Positions 32,301 through 42,600 of a DNA stretch of 64,000 nucleotides are shown here, one piece after another. Position 1 is the first letter of the stretch. Each line of letters opens with the position of its first letter. A model generated the notes under the pieces. The model was not told the DNA's origin, ran no database searches, and was given only the letters and a program-made list of their open reading frames with translations. Origin of the DNA: Klebsormidium nitens (lineage: Eukaryota > Plantae > Klebsormidiophyceae); contig DF237054.1 of the NCBI GenBank assembly GCA_000708835.1, positions 124,001-188,000 of the forward strand, read 5' to 3'. Made by a program: the position numbers and the translations under genes.

Positions 32301-35300
32301 GCGAGCGCTTCTTGGAGTGCAGTCAGCTCGGCGAGCGCAGAGTCGCTCTTCTGCTCGTACTCTGCAATGAAGTTCACGCAACAAAGTGAGCAGAAGGAAT
32401 AATTTCCGGCTTTTCGATCTTGTAAAATCTTCGGCTCCTATGTTCACTCCTTAATTGCCCTTGCACTGAGGCTAACTACGATCCAAAGAATTGAATCAGA
32501 AAGCACATCCTTTGTGACTAGAGAAAGAAGCTCCGGCTCTAGGATGGCAGGAAATAAGCTATCGGATTATACCAGCTATGCAAAATGATTCACACTAAAC
32601 CTTCTTCTTCACCCGTGCTATGCTGCTGATGATCGTGACGCTACCAAGTTTTGTCACTCTAGACATCGCAGGAAGCGGCCGCGACAGTTTCTTTTCAGAA
32701 CAGAGCTAGCAGAGCTGCAGCTCTCTGATTTTCTGATAGCCCATCATCCAAACAACGCCTTCGTATGCGCTTGACTCAGAACTTACCAGCAGCTCGCGAC
32801 TCGGCCTTCCTGACGTCTCCTTTCAGCACCCGGACGGTCTCCTCCGCTCCCGCCAGTATCGCAGAATAGACCAATGCGTCTGCTGTCCTGTCAAACTCCA
32901 AATCTTTTAGCGCTGCTCTCTCCGCTTGCAAGGAGCCAAGGGCCGCCTCAAGTTCTTCAACAGCGGCCTCGTGTTTTCCTTGCAGATCTTGCATTTCTTC
33001 CTCGAGACCCACTCGCGTGTAATCTGCAGGGAGATGAAGATTACTGTTTGAGCCGCATGGCCCTTGAAATTGATCTGGGGGAACGCAGTCGGATGCAGTG
33101 CTGTTCCGGACATGGGGCAAAAGATTAGCCCCTTCTTTAGGGGAGGTGCCTAGGTGTCCTGAAATTGTCTTGACACCTTCGTATCACGATAGGAATTGCA
33201 TGAATCTCTCCAGATTCGAATGTTGCATGCAAGTCAGCAGATGCACTCAAGCTTGCACACTAGAGTATTCATAAGTTTTTGGGATCTCGTCTTGCCTAGG
33301 AAGGCAAACGACTCATTCTTAGTTTCAGTATCAACTCACGTGCCGCTTGTTTTTCCGTCGCTGCCAGGTCGTTCTTCGAAGACCCAACCGCTTCGCTGGC
33401 CCCGGTCAGGATGGCAGAACGCAACAGCTCGTCGCTGTTGTTCTCCGATATTGCTTGGTCAGACGGAGCCGGAACCGGGAACGGGACCGGAACCTTCTCT
33501 GCGTCCACAGGAAGGCGGGTTTCGATGTAGCTGCTCCTCCGGACGGCTTCCTTCTGACTGTCCGCGGATGTCTGCTTCTGCAGAAAGGAGAATCAGACAA
33601 GGGGACAAATCAAACGGGTGGCAAAAAGTGAAAACTGGAATCATCTGGAAGCGGGATGTCCTATAGATTGCCCTTGCTGCAAGCTCCTCAAAGGTGTCCT
33701 GTCCTGTCGGTAATTAGTGCACAACATTGCCACAACACAAGTAATATTCAACCGTGAAACAATACCCCCTCTCCATCCCACTCGAGAGGTCTGTTTCTAT
33801 AGTCTGAGCTTCTACAGGTTCGCCTCATTACAAACCAGCACAGTATCTCGCATCGAATTGCAAGATTAAATGGTTGCCCTGAATCAATCAGCATCCTTTC
33901 AAAGAAAAGCAACGATAGAGACAATAAAGCTACTTTTACCGAGAAGCTCGAGTAGAAAAGACGAACGCATTGGGAACCTTTAACTGTTTGTAGGTAGAAA
34001 TAATTTCAGGACCTCGCTTTTCACAAGCTCACCTCCAAGCCCTGCAGCCTGGCCGCCTCCGCCATCCTGAGCGCATTCACACTCGCCCGCCTCACCGCTT
34101 TCCTCACCGCCTCCACCCCCGCTCCCCCGACAACCCCTTCAATTTCCCCCCCGGTAAATATCTGGATCTCTTCGTAGAACTGCGTGAGCGACTTTCGCGT
34201 GGCCTGCAGCTCCTCTTTCACTGCGCGCAGCTCCTCCTGATACCCCGAGCACTCGGCCGCTTTCTCCCGATAGGCTTCCGCAGTAGAGGCCTCGTCCCAC
34301 CGGATCTCGGCATCCGCCCGGGGCGACTGGCTACCATTCCCAGGGCAAGCTTCGCCCGAACAAGGCCCATCGACGTGGGTCTCTGACTGGAGCCCGTTAT
34401 GAGAGTCGGCTGGGACGGCTTTGAGTCCGTCAGCCTCTTCAGACACGTTGAAGAGTCTGCTGACGTCAGACAACACGTCAGCGTTCTCGTCTTCCGGTCC
34501 GCTTGAGTCCCCGGTTGTTGTCAGCGCCCGAAGTGCGAGGGCCTTGCCTGACGTAGGGCTGAGCACCGCCGGGTCGATCAGATCGTCACTCTTGTCCAAA
34601 ACTCCCGCTCTAGTTGCTTCACTTTCGCTCGGGTTCCGTTTCCCCTCCCCATCCCCGTCTGAACTCGCCGTCGTAAGTCCCTCCTCCACGCTGCTTGCAA
34701 AAGGCTCACAGACAACCGCCGACAGCTCCTCTGTCTCCGTTTGTGCGGCAACTATCCTCTTCTTGCGACCCTCCTGCTCTTCCTCGTTCTCTTCACTAGG
34801 TCCTACGACCGCATCGCTCTCAATCGTACCTCCCAAAGGCTCTAGTTCTTCCCCCACCGGTTGTCCGAAAGAAGCGGCCAAAACCAAGCCCCGGACGTCC
34901 GCCAGCTCCGCCTCCAGCGTCCGGAGCTTCTCCTCCTTCCCGGCGCACTCCACCGACCGGGCCTCCAGTCGCGCGGAGACCTCTTCAAACGCTTGCCCCG
35001 ACACCCTTCGCCCTTCTACCGGGCACTCACCTTCCGCTTCGTGCGCAAACGCGTCTGCCAGAGTCTGTCTCGCCCTCACCAACTCTCCTCTCACGGCTTC
35101 CAATTTCGAATCGAGCGCATTCGCCTCCGCGGTCTTCTGCTCGAGGGCGGCAGAATTGCTCTCGTATTCCGCCCGGTTTACAGAGCTCCGACCACTTTCT
35201 CCGCCAGAGGTCTCTTCCAAAGAGTCTCTGCACGAATTACCGACTTCTTCCGTAACCTCTTCCAATTCCGTTCGCAGAGACCGGAGCTTCTCCCCTTTCC

Positions 35301-38300
35301 TGGCACATTCCGCCGACCGGACTTCCAACCGCGCGGAAAGCTCCCCAAACTCTTCCACCGACACCCCTTTCTCCCCCGGTATCTCACCTTCAGCCCGCAT
35401 GGCAAATCCATCCGCCATGGCGCTTCTCGCCGCCAGAAGCTCCTCCCTCGCAACCATTATTCGTTTGTCAAGCTCACTCTCTTCTCGCACCTTGTTGTGG
35501 AAACCGGCGGACAGCGCTTCGAACTCCTCCGCAGGGATAAAGTGTCGCCCGTCATCATCCCCGGCGAATCTCACCGACACTTCACTGGCCGTACCCGCGT
35601 CTGCTTTTCTCGCTTCTTCTAGTTCCTCTCGAAGCGCCCGTAGCTGGCCGGCCTTCCGGGCACACTCTACCGAGCGCTCCTCCAACCGAATTGGCATCAG
35701 CTCGTCGTCTCCCGCATCCACACCTTTATCTGATTCTCTTTCTCCCTCCGACTGGATTTCACGCATTCTCTCGCGTTGCTTTTCGGTACATGCTTCTTTT
35801 GCGTGTGACAGCTGCTCTCTTACAGTGACCAACTGCACCTCCAACTCGTTCTCCTCCCGTTCCCTTGTCTCGCAAAGCTCTGACAGCCGTTCGATCTCTC
35901 CAGCAGAAGCACTTTTCCGTTCCTCCCTCTCATCAGGCGCCACTGGCATCGACGCCAGCGTGATGTCAGCTAGCTCCTCCCGCAGCGCGCGCAGCATCCC
36001 CCTCTTCCGCGCGCACTCGAGCGCAGCCGCGGCCGACCGACCGGCCAAACCCTCGGCCTCATCCCGCGTCCCTCCCGCTTCCACGTGGCACTCAAATCTC
36101 GCCGCGAGCACCGCGCGCGCGCTCAACAGCTCCTCCTGGGCTGCTCCGAGCCTTCCGTCCAGATTTCCCGCCTCTAGTTCCTTCTGCTCGACAGCCGCCG
36201 AGAGCCGCTCCCATTCCGTTCCGCTTCCGTTCGCTGCTCCAGACTCCGGTCCCCGGACGGAATCCTCGGCCACTCCCTCGCTCAACGCCTGGACTTCTTC
36301 CAGCTCCCGGTGGATCGACACGATCTTCCGTTCCTTCCGTTCACAAGCTTGTGTCACCTCCGCCAACTGCGTCGCCAGGGTTTCAATCTCGCCGTCCAAA
36401 ACCCCCAAACCTCCGCCGATGCCGGCCGCGGCAAACCCGTCGGCAAGCGCGGTCCTTGCCTGGGTTAGTGCTTCGGTGGCGTCCATCAACGCTCCCTCGA
36501 GAAGCTCGTGCTGCTGACGTTTTTCCTCGACGTCTGACGAGAGCCTCGCAACTTCCTCCGAGTCTAGTGCAGGCGTGGTCTCGTCTTCCTTCATTGTATG
36601 CAAAGGCGATTTCCTTCCAGAGCCCAGATCTGCCAAGTCTTCCCGGATCGCGCGCAGCTGCCCCCTCTTCCTCGCGCACTCCGCGACCAGGGCCTCCAGC
36701 TGCCCGGTCAAATCCCGCGCGGTCTCGGACACGCCCGGCGCACTTTCGGACCCCAATCTCTGGGCGCCCGTTTCGCACTCGCCTGCGAAGCTCTCAGCGA
36801 GCGCGTCCCTAGCTGCCAGCAGCTCATCTCTCGCAGCCCCCAGAGCCACGTCAAGACTGTAGTCATCCATTACCATCATCTGGTAAGCCGCCAAAAGCTG
36901 CTCCAAATGGGGCGCCCCTGCCTCTCCCTCTGCCATTGAGCCTTCCTTAGCAAGCAAAGTCTCCGCGACGAAACTCTTGACTCCCGCCAACTCCTCACGC
37001 AACGCCGAAAGCGTCTCCTCCTTTCGCGTTGACGCTGCCCGCAGGATCTCGAGTCTCTCCAGCACGTTAGCCTCGTTGACGCCGGCGTGCTCCACTGCCG
37101 CGCCCCCGTCTGCCGACGTCTTCGCTAGAGCAGCCCTCGCCTGTTGTGCTACCCGAATCTCTCCGTCCAACTGCTCTTGCTTCCGCAGTTCCTCCACCTC
37201 TGCGAGTCTCTCAATCTCAACCGCAGTGGCACCTTTTCCTCCCCCCTCTTCCGAGACGTTTCTGTTGAGTTCACCATTGCTCTCCGTCCGCACATGGTCT
37301 AGCTCCTGACCAAGCTCTCCCTCCTCGTTCAAGTCTTCTTTTCTGGTCGTTGCCGTGAACATCAAACCCTTCTCCACCGCTAAGATCTCTTCTGCCTTCG
37401 ACACTTCCTCAACGGCGTTCGAAAGGAGTCCAACGGCGTCCGTCCTCCGGTCTACGGCGTCCGCATTCCATCCGCTGGCGTCCGAGATCCGCTCACTGGC
37501 GCTCCGTCCGCGGGCGTCCGAAAGGCGCCCAACCTGGAAGGGCCGCGTCCGCAGCAGCTCCTCATTCTGTTCCTTCAGGCACCGCAGCTTCCCGGCGGCC
37601 TGCCACAGCGCCACCTGTCTTCCCTCCTCCTCCAAAGCACTCGCGCGCCGCTCGCGCACTTTACCGTCGATTTGCGCGTCCCCGCGTGGCTCCGACTCCT
37701 CCTTCCCATCTACTTGCACGCCGCTTCTTGCAGCGACTTCTCCATTAGCCTCTCTTTTCTGAGCCTTAGCTTCTCTCAGTCTGACCACTAACCCAGCCGC
37801 CTCTGGCAGAACAATTCCCTTAACCCGCAGGTCAACTTGATCCACCAGCCCCTCCGCCTCCAGTTCACGCGCGCGCCGCAGTGCCGCGTCTCTCTCTCGC
37901 TCTAGCTGATCAATCCGCAGCAGCAAACTTTCCGTTCCGGTCGGGCCCTGTTCCGCTGCCGATTTGTCGCCTTCCGCATTTCTCCTCGCCGGAGTTGGCG
38001 TCGTGAGATCCTCACCGTCTGCCACCAACTCTATCCTGCCAGTCTCTAGCCTTTCTGCTGCCAAGCTTCCGCTTTCCGCTTCCGCTTCCGCTTCCGCCTC
38101 CGCTTCCACGGACGGAACCACACTGTTCAGGGCGTCTGGGCACTCTCCAACACTCCACTTCACGTGGTAGACGCTGTTTTCCTCCGCCCCGTCAGAAGTG
38201 CCCGTCTCCCCAGCAATGCTTTTATCCTGCGGAGGAGAGCTCTCGACATAGTCCGAAATTGGGGCGTCGGGAGCTTCTCCCACGCTCCACTTCACAAGGT

Positions 38301-41300
38301 ACACTCCGTTCTCCACGATCTCGTTAGGGTCGGCCGCCTGTCCTGTGACGGTCTGGTCCTCCGGGGAAGAAGTCTCAATGTTCACCGGGAAAGTTCCCTC
38401 CTCGCTTCGGCCCCCTCCCACAAAGTCTGCCACCAGAAAGTCGACCTCCAGAGACGCAGCACGCGACAGCTGTTCCTGGTTTGCGTCCTCTGCTTGCGTT
38501 TCCTCTGTTTGCTGTTGCTCTTCAGCGTCTGACTTTCTATCAACCGGTTCCTCTTCCCCGACCATTCCCCTTCCGCTGTGCAGCTCTGCTTCCGCCGGAC
38601 CGCTCCCGGTTTCTTCTGCCCCGGTTGCCTTTCTTAGAAAAGCATCCTCCAGCTTCACTGACGTGGCCACTAGCTGCTCCTCCTTCCGCTGCAGAAGCGC
38701 CTCCAGCCGAGCCAGTTCCGCCGCCATCCGTTCCGCTTCCGCTGCCATTCGTTCCGTTTCCGCTCGCAGCTCCGCACCCTCGTGCGCCCCCTGCTGGCTT
38801 TCTTCCAGAAGGGCCCTCAGCGCGGCCACCTCTTCCCCTCGGGAAAAGCACAACCTCTCTAGTTCGCGTAACCGGGCTGATTCACACTCGGGCTCTGCCC
38901 TCTTGTTGGCTTGGTGTAAATACACCGCGTCTGTCATCGACTGCGAACGCTTGGGCAACTCCAGCGGACTGAATAACTCGCCCTCAATCCCGAACAGCGG
39001 GTTCAACCGGGGAGTCGCCCCGAAGGCCCATTCCTGGGCTGTTGGCATACTCACCGAGAGCGACTTCCGGCGACCTTCCAATGCCCTTTCGGGCAGTTCA
39101 TCGGCACCGCCGGTCGCCAGATCAACCGGCCGGGGTCCTTCCTCGGTCACAAGCTGCCCATTTCCGCTTGGCAGAAAGAGCGAATCTTCGACCGGTTCAT
39201 ATTGCACGGTGAAGCACTCGCTGATGCGCTCCGACGGCGGCTGGCCGCCCTCGCCCACGAGCCACCCCTCCGCGTCTTCGGACGTCCGCACGAGCGAAGA
39301 TTTGGACAGGCTGCGAGCCACGCCGGCGTCCGCATCGTGCGCCAAGGCGTCCGAACCGTGCGCCAAAGCATCCGCAGGTTCAGCGGAAGCGTCCGGACCG
39401 CGTGCCAGGACGTCCGGAAGACGCGGCAGAGCGACCGAACCACTCGCGGAAGCGTCCGAAGTGCGCGCCAGAGGGTTTGAAACGCGCCCCAGGACGTCCG
39501 CATCGCGCGCCAGAGCTTCCGCGACGCTGGAAGCCTCCGAGCGGATGACCGCCGAGTCGAAGCGCGGCCGGCCCTCCCCGAAACCCCCGCTAAACCCTCC
39601 GTCCCTTGGGCTTTCATACAGAGGGTTTTGGACCCCCACCGTCTCAAAGTCTGGCCGCGCAACAGCGGCAGTGGCCAGCCGCTCTGTCTCGTTCTTCAGC
39701 TCCTCGAGCTGTGCGCGCGCAAACGCGAGCTCGTCCTGAAGTGCGCCGCGCGCGCCGCGCTCCTCCGCGAGCTGCGCGCGCAGCTCCGCGACCTCGAGCT
39801 CCAGGGAGAAGCGCCCGGCGGCCAAACCCTGCAAACCCTGAACTTCCGCGGCCAGCTGCGCCGACGCGGCCTGCGACAACTGGAGTGCGACCAGGGACGC
39901 CTCGAGCTGCGCTCGCAGAGTTCTGACCTCTACTTGGAGCCGGGTAATGGCACCGGAATCCGCCGGAACCGTCGACCCCGGCAGAGCAGCTGCTATTGAC
40001 GGAACGGGGCCGAGGTCTTCGGGGTTCGAGACAGGAAGACTTTCCATTACAGCAGCGTCGGTACATGGAGGAAGTGACTGATCGTATTTCGGTTCCGCTG
40101 GGATAAGCGTTGCCTGTGCACCGATGCCGTCGACGTTCTTGATGAGCTCTGCACGAAGTTTCAGGAAAGGTCAGATTATAATACTAAAAACCGAGTCCCA
40201 GGGTTGTTCGACGAGGCTGACTCCTCAAGGCTTAGCTTATAAGATGTAGAATCGGTAAGTCGCTGTAAGTGTGTTGAATCACCAGAAAACTCTTCCTGGA
40301 GTTAGGACAGAAAGAGAAGTGAGGTCGAGCTTGACTACTCATCAATCTTATCTAATCAATCCGCTTTAAGAGTACTCTTGTACCCTCAGAAAACGTTCGG
40401 TCGAGTGCTGCTTTATGTGCTGCGCAGTTGCATCAACAAACAACAGCGTGGGCGCAATCGACAACTTGACATCCAGATTTCTGCAGGTTCTCTTTCAGAG
40501 CTTCCAACCTGTAAGCAAATTGACTGTACCTCCCTCGTAGCATAGTCGTCCCCTAAAGCAAAAGACCTGACGCGTCTTTGAAGCGAGTTGGACCGGCGAT
40601 ATTTGGCATGTTTGCGGACGGCGCTCTTGAATCTTCATGAGAGATGAGCATAAAGAACAAAAAGAAAAGCGTGGAATAGGAATCAGGACTGCTTGAAAAC
40701 GGACGTCAAGTGCAGGTCGACAGACGAAATCCTCGAAGTTGCAAGGATACCACACTCGAACGCTTGATGGTCCACTAACTTCGGTATGATCGGCACTACC
40801 CCGACTCACCTTCTGCTTCTCGTGGCGGATCACGAAGCTTTTCCTCAGCCGCGGCGTCCCGAGCTTCCTGCTGGTTTGCATCCCTAAGCTCCCCCTCCAG
40901 GTCCCTTATTACTCCCTTAAGCTCCTCGTTCTCCGCTCTAGTTCCCCGCAGCAGCGCCAGCTCATCCTCCAAAGCTTCGAGCCCCACGTCCGCCCCGCCC
41001 TGCCACGTGGCAGCCAGCCGCGCGTTCTCCTCGCGCGCACCGCGCACCACGCGCTCCAGCTCCTTGACCTTCTCCTCCAAACCCTGAACCCCGGGGTCGG
41101 CGTCTCGCGGCCGCGTGTCGGTCTGCTCCACGACGTCCGAAGTCATCGGGCGCTCGCGCTCCTCTTCGCGCTCGCGCGAACGCGCGGCCTCGCTCCTCAG
41201 AAGCGTCACCTCCGCCTGCAGCGCCTCAAAGCCCTCGTGCTCCGCCACGTGGCACTCCGCGCGCAGAACGCCCTCCCTGTGCGCGCGCTCGACCTCGTCT

Positions 41301-42478
41301 GCCAGCGCCTCGCTCTCCGCGACTTTCTCCTGCAGCCGCTGCAGTTCGTCGCGCAGCGCCTCCAGCTCGCGCGCGCGCCCGGGGGTTGAGACCCTGGAGG
41401 CGGAAACGGAACCGCCGCCGGAACAAGAACGGGAGTGCGAACGCGAAATGGGTGTTTCGACCCAGACCCGGCCCACATCCGAAAGCCCAGAGAGGCCCCG
41501 GGTGTCATTTTGAACCTCTGCCTTTTCAGCGGAGATCAGAATCTCGGACCCGGGGTTTAAGCCGCGGATTTTAGCCCCCAGCTGCTCCTCCAGCTCGGAG
41601 ACGCGCGCGGCGAGCGCGACGTTCAGGGCGGCCGCGGCCGCCAGGGCCGCGTCCTTCTCCATCTCCAGGACCGGGCCTTCCCGTTTCGCCAGCGCGCTGT
41701 CAAACTGCTCTACAAGGTTGCGCTTCGCTTTAGCGCCCGATGCTGACGCGAGCCCGACCTCTGTGCCGCTGCTTTCGCTGGTGATGACGTCCTTCTCCAA
41801 CGTCTGCGGGCTTTCAGTTGCCACGTCAGCAACCTCTGAACGCTCTGTGTCTGTATCCGGATCCTCAAAGTCGATTTCGTCGGGTTTTGTTGTTAGTGCA
41901 GACGCGTCCGGTGGGCTGAAAGTCGTGTCCGTTTCCGCTTGGTAGGTGTCCGTCGTCGCTTGCAGGGGAGTCCTCGGCGGACTTATAAGGACGGGAAGCG
42001 AGAGCAGTGGAACTTCAGAGGTCTGATGGAGCGGTTCCAAGCCTCCGTCCGAAAGTAGGCCCCGCAAGTTCTCGCCGAAGACGTCCTCTTCGGTGCGGCA
42101 ACAGGGAAAGCGAGAGTGCTGTCAGCATCGAACATGATAGTTTAAGCGAGTGACAGGTTTTTTGAGATGAGCTGTTCATGCCTTTAATCCGTCACTGAAC
42201 AGAAGTGGAAGAGCCGGGTCGTTTAGGTGGAAGCTGGCCTGTAGCCTCTTCGTCACGTGTGTGCTACTCGGGCTTTTGGGGCTTGTTTTGTGATCCCTTG
42301 AATCATTCCACTCATGCAGTTCATTAACGTCGTGATTAGTAAGTTCAAAGTTTGTTCATTCTGGCTCAAAACCTGGTGAGTTCGAAATTTGGCAAGACGA
42401 AAGGCTCAAGACGAGAGAATCAGACTCGTCATACAGAATTTTTGGATTGTAAACCACATCCTCGAATTCAATGTCCAT
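16391..42478 (-). CDS. Giant coiled-coil repeat protein, 16 exons, about 6,550 aa (gene B)
   Basis: Phase-consistent GT-AG model: 42373-42478, 40810-42087, 34033-40148, 33340-33577, 32787-33023, 32240-32361, 30144-31871, 29484-29739, 28928-29073, 26014-28543, 22768-25569, 22294-22472, 21979-22114, 19167-21715, 18080-18362, 16391-17334. Sum 19,650 nt = 6,549 aa plus stop. Rich in E/A/L/R heptads. The first exon and its AAG acceptor are the least certain parts. Confidence 0.75.
18703..19070 (+). repeat. Intronic direct duplication (~110-120 bp x2)
   Basis: GATGCAAACTTGCAGTC..CTGGGGCT..GGCGAGAAGCACCAAAA occurs at ~18703-18812 and ~18947-19070. Confidence 0.75.
19167..21715 (-). CDS. Gene B large exon with six SF(D/E)LP motifs and coiled coil
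   Basis: ORF 19125-21707 trimmed to CAG acceptor and GTGAGG donor. Confidence 0.85.
22768..25569 (-). CDS. Gene B large exon with 14-aa AHADV repeats and four SFDLP motifs
   Basis: ORF 22649-25546 extended to the CAG acceptor at 25570-25572 and trimmed to a GTGAGG donor. Confidence 0.85.
24880..25460 (-). repeat. Coding tandem repeat, 42-bp/14-aa unit (xAHADVSAELxAxQ), about 13 copies
   Basis: GCTGACGTC-like words recur every 42 bp (e.g. near 24944, 25069, 25153, 25195, 25237, 25321, 25405). Two heptads per unit. Confidence 0.85.
26014..28543 (-). CDS. Gene B large exon with three SFDLP motifs
   Basis: ORF 26006-28708 trimmed to TTTTGCAG acceptor and GTAAGT donor. Confidence 0.85.
30144..31871 (-). 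CDS. Gene B exon with 70-aa tandem coiled-coil repeats
   Basis: ORF 30108-31877 trimmed to CAG acceptor and GTAAGC donor; 1,728 nt, phase 0/0. Confidence 0.85.
30340..31430 (-). repeat. Coding tandem repeat, ~210-bp/70-aa unit (TRGKLRATNE...), 5 copies plus a partial
   Basis: TTGCCACGTGT recurs near 30550, 30760, 30997, 31207 and 31414. Confidence 0.92.
34033..40148 (-). CDS. Gene B 6.1-kb internal exon (about 2,040 aa coiled coil with ECARK repeats)
   Basis: ORF 34021-40047 extends in frame to the CAG acceptor at 40149-40151. Donor GTGAGC at 34032. Confidence 0.88.
34900..36720 (-). repeat. Six diverged ~110-120-aa coding repeats with ECARK..LR.L.EEL
   Basis: AECARKRGQLR, QACERKERKIV, LECARKRGMLR, VECARKAGQLR, AECARKGEKLR and VECAGKEEKLR are spaced about 330-360 bp apart. 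Confidence 0.8.
40810..42087 (-). CDS. Gene B exon 2 (disordered plus coiled coil)
   Basis: ORF 40796-42067. Donor GTGAGT at 40809 is phase 1, matching the next exon. Confidence 0.8.
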
Positions 42479-42600
42479 CTACTTTGTTGACAAGCGTATC
42501 GTGAGACGCTTGCAATCGTGAAGATTCACTTCTTCCACATTGAGAGGACACAAAGAACACATGCATGACTTCTGAACACCCAGATTGGAGACAAAACGAT

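Noticed and set aside
32711-32724. 14-bp perfect palindrome AGAGCTGCAGCTCT in an intron
   Set aside because: Isolated, and expected occasionally by chance in 64 kb.
34421-36517. 698-aa plus-strand ORF, and similar long antisense ORFs (20464-21480, 23694-24965, 38345-39739, 43406-44641, 43488-44708)
   Set aside because: S/A/P-rich shadows of the E/A/L-rich minus-strand exons; GC-rich coding DNA has few antisense stops.
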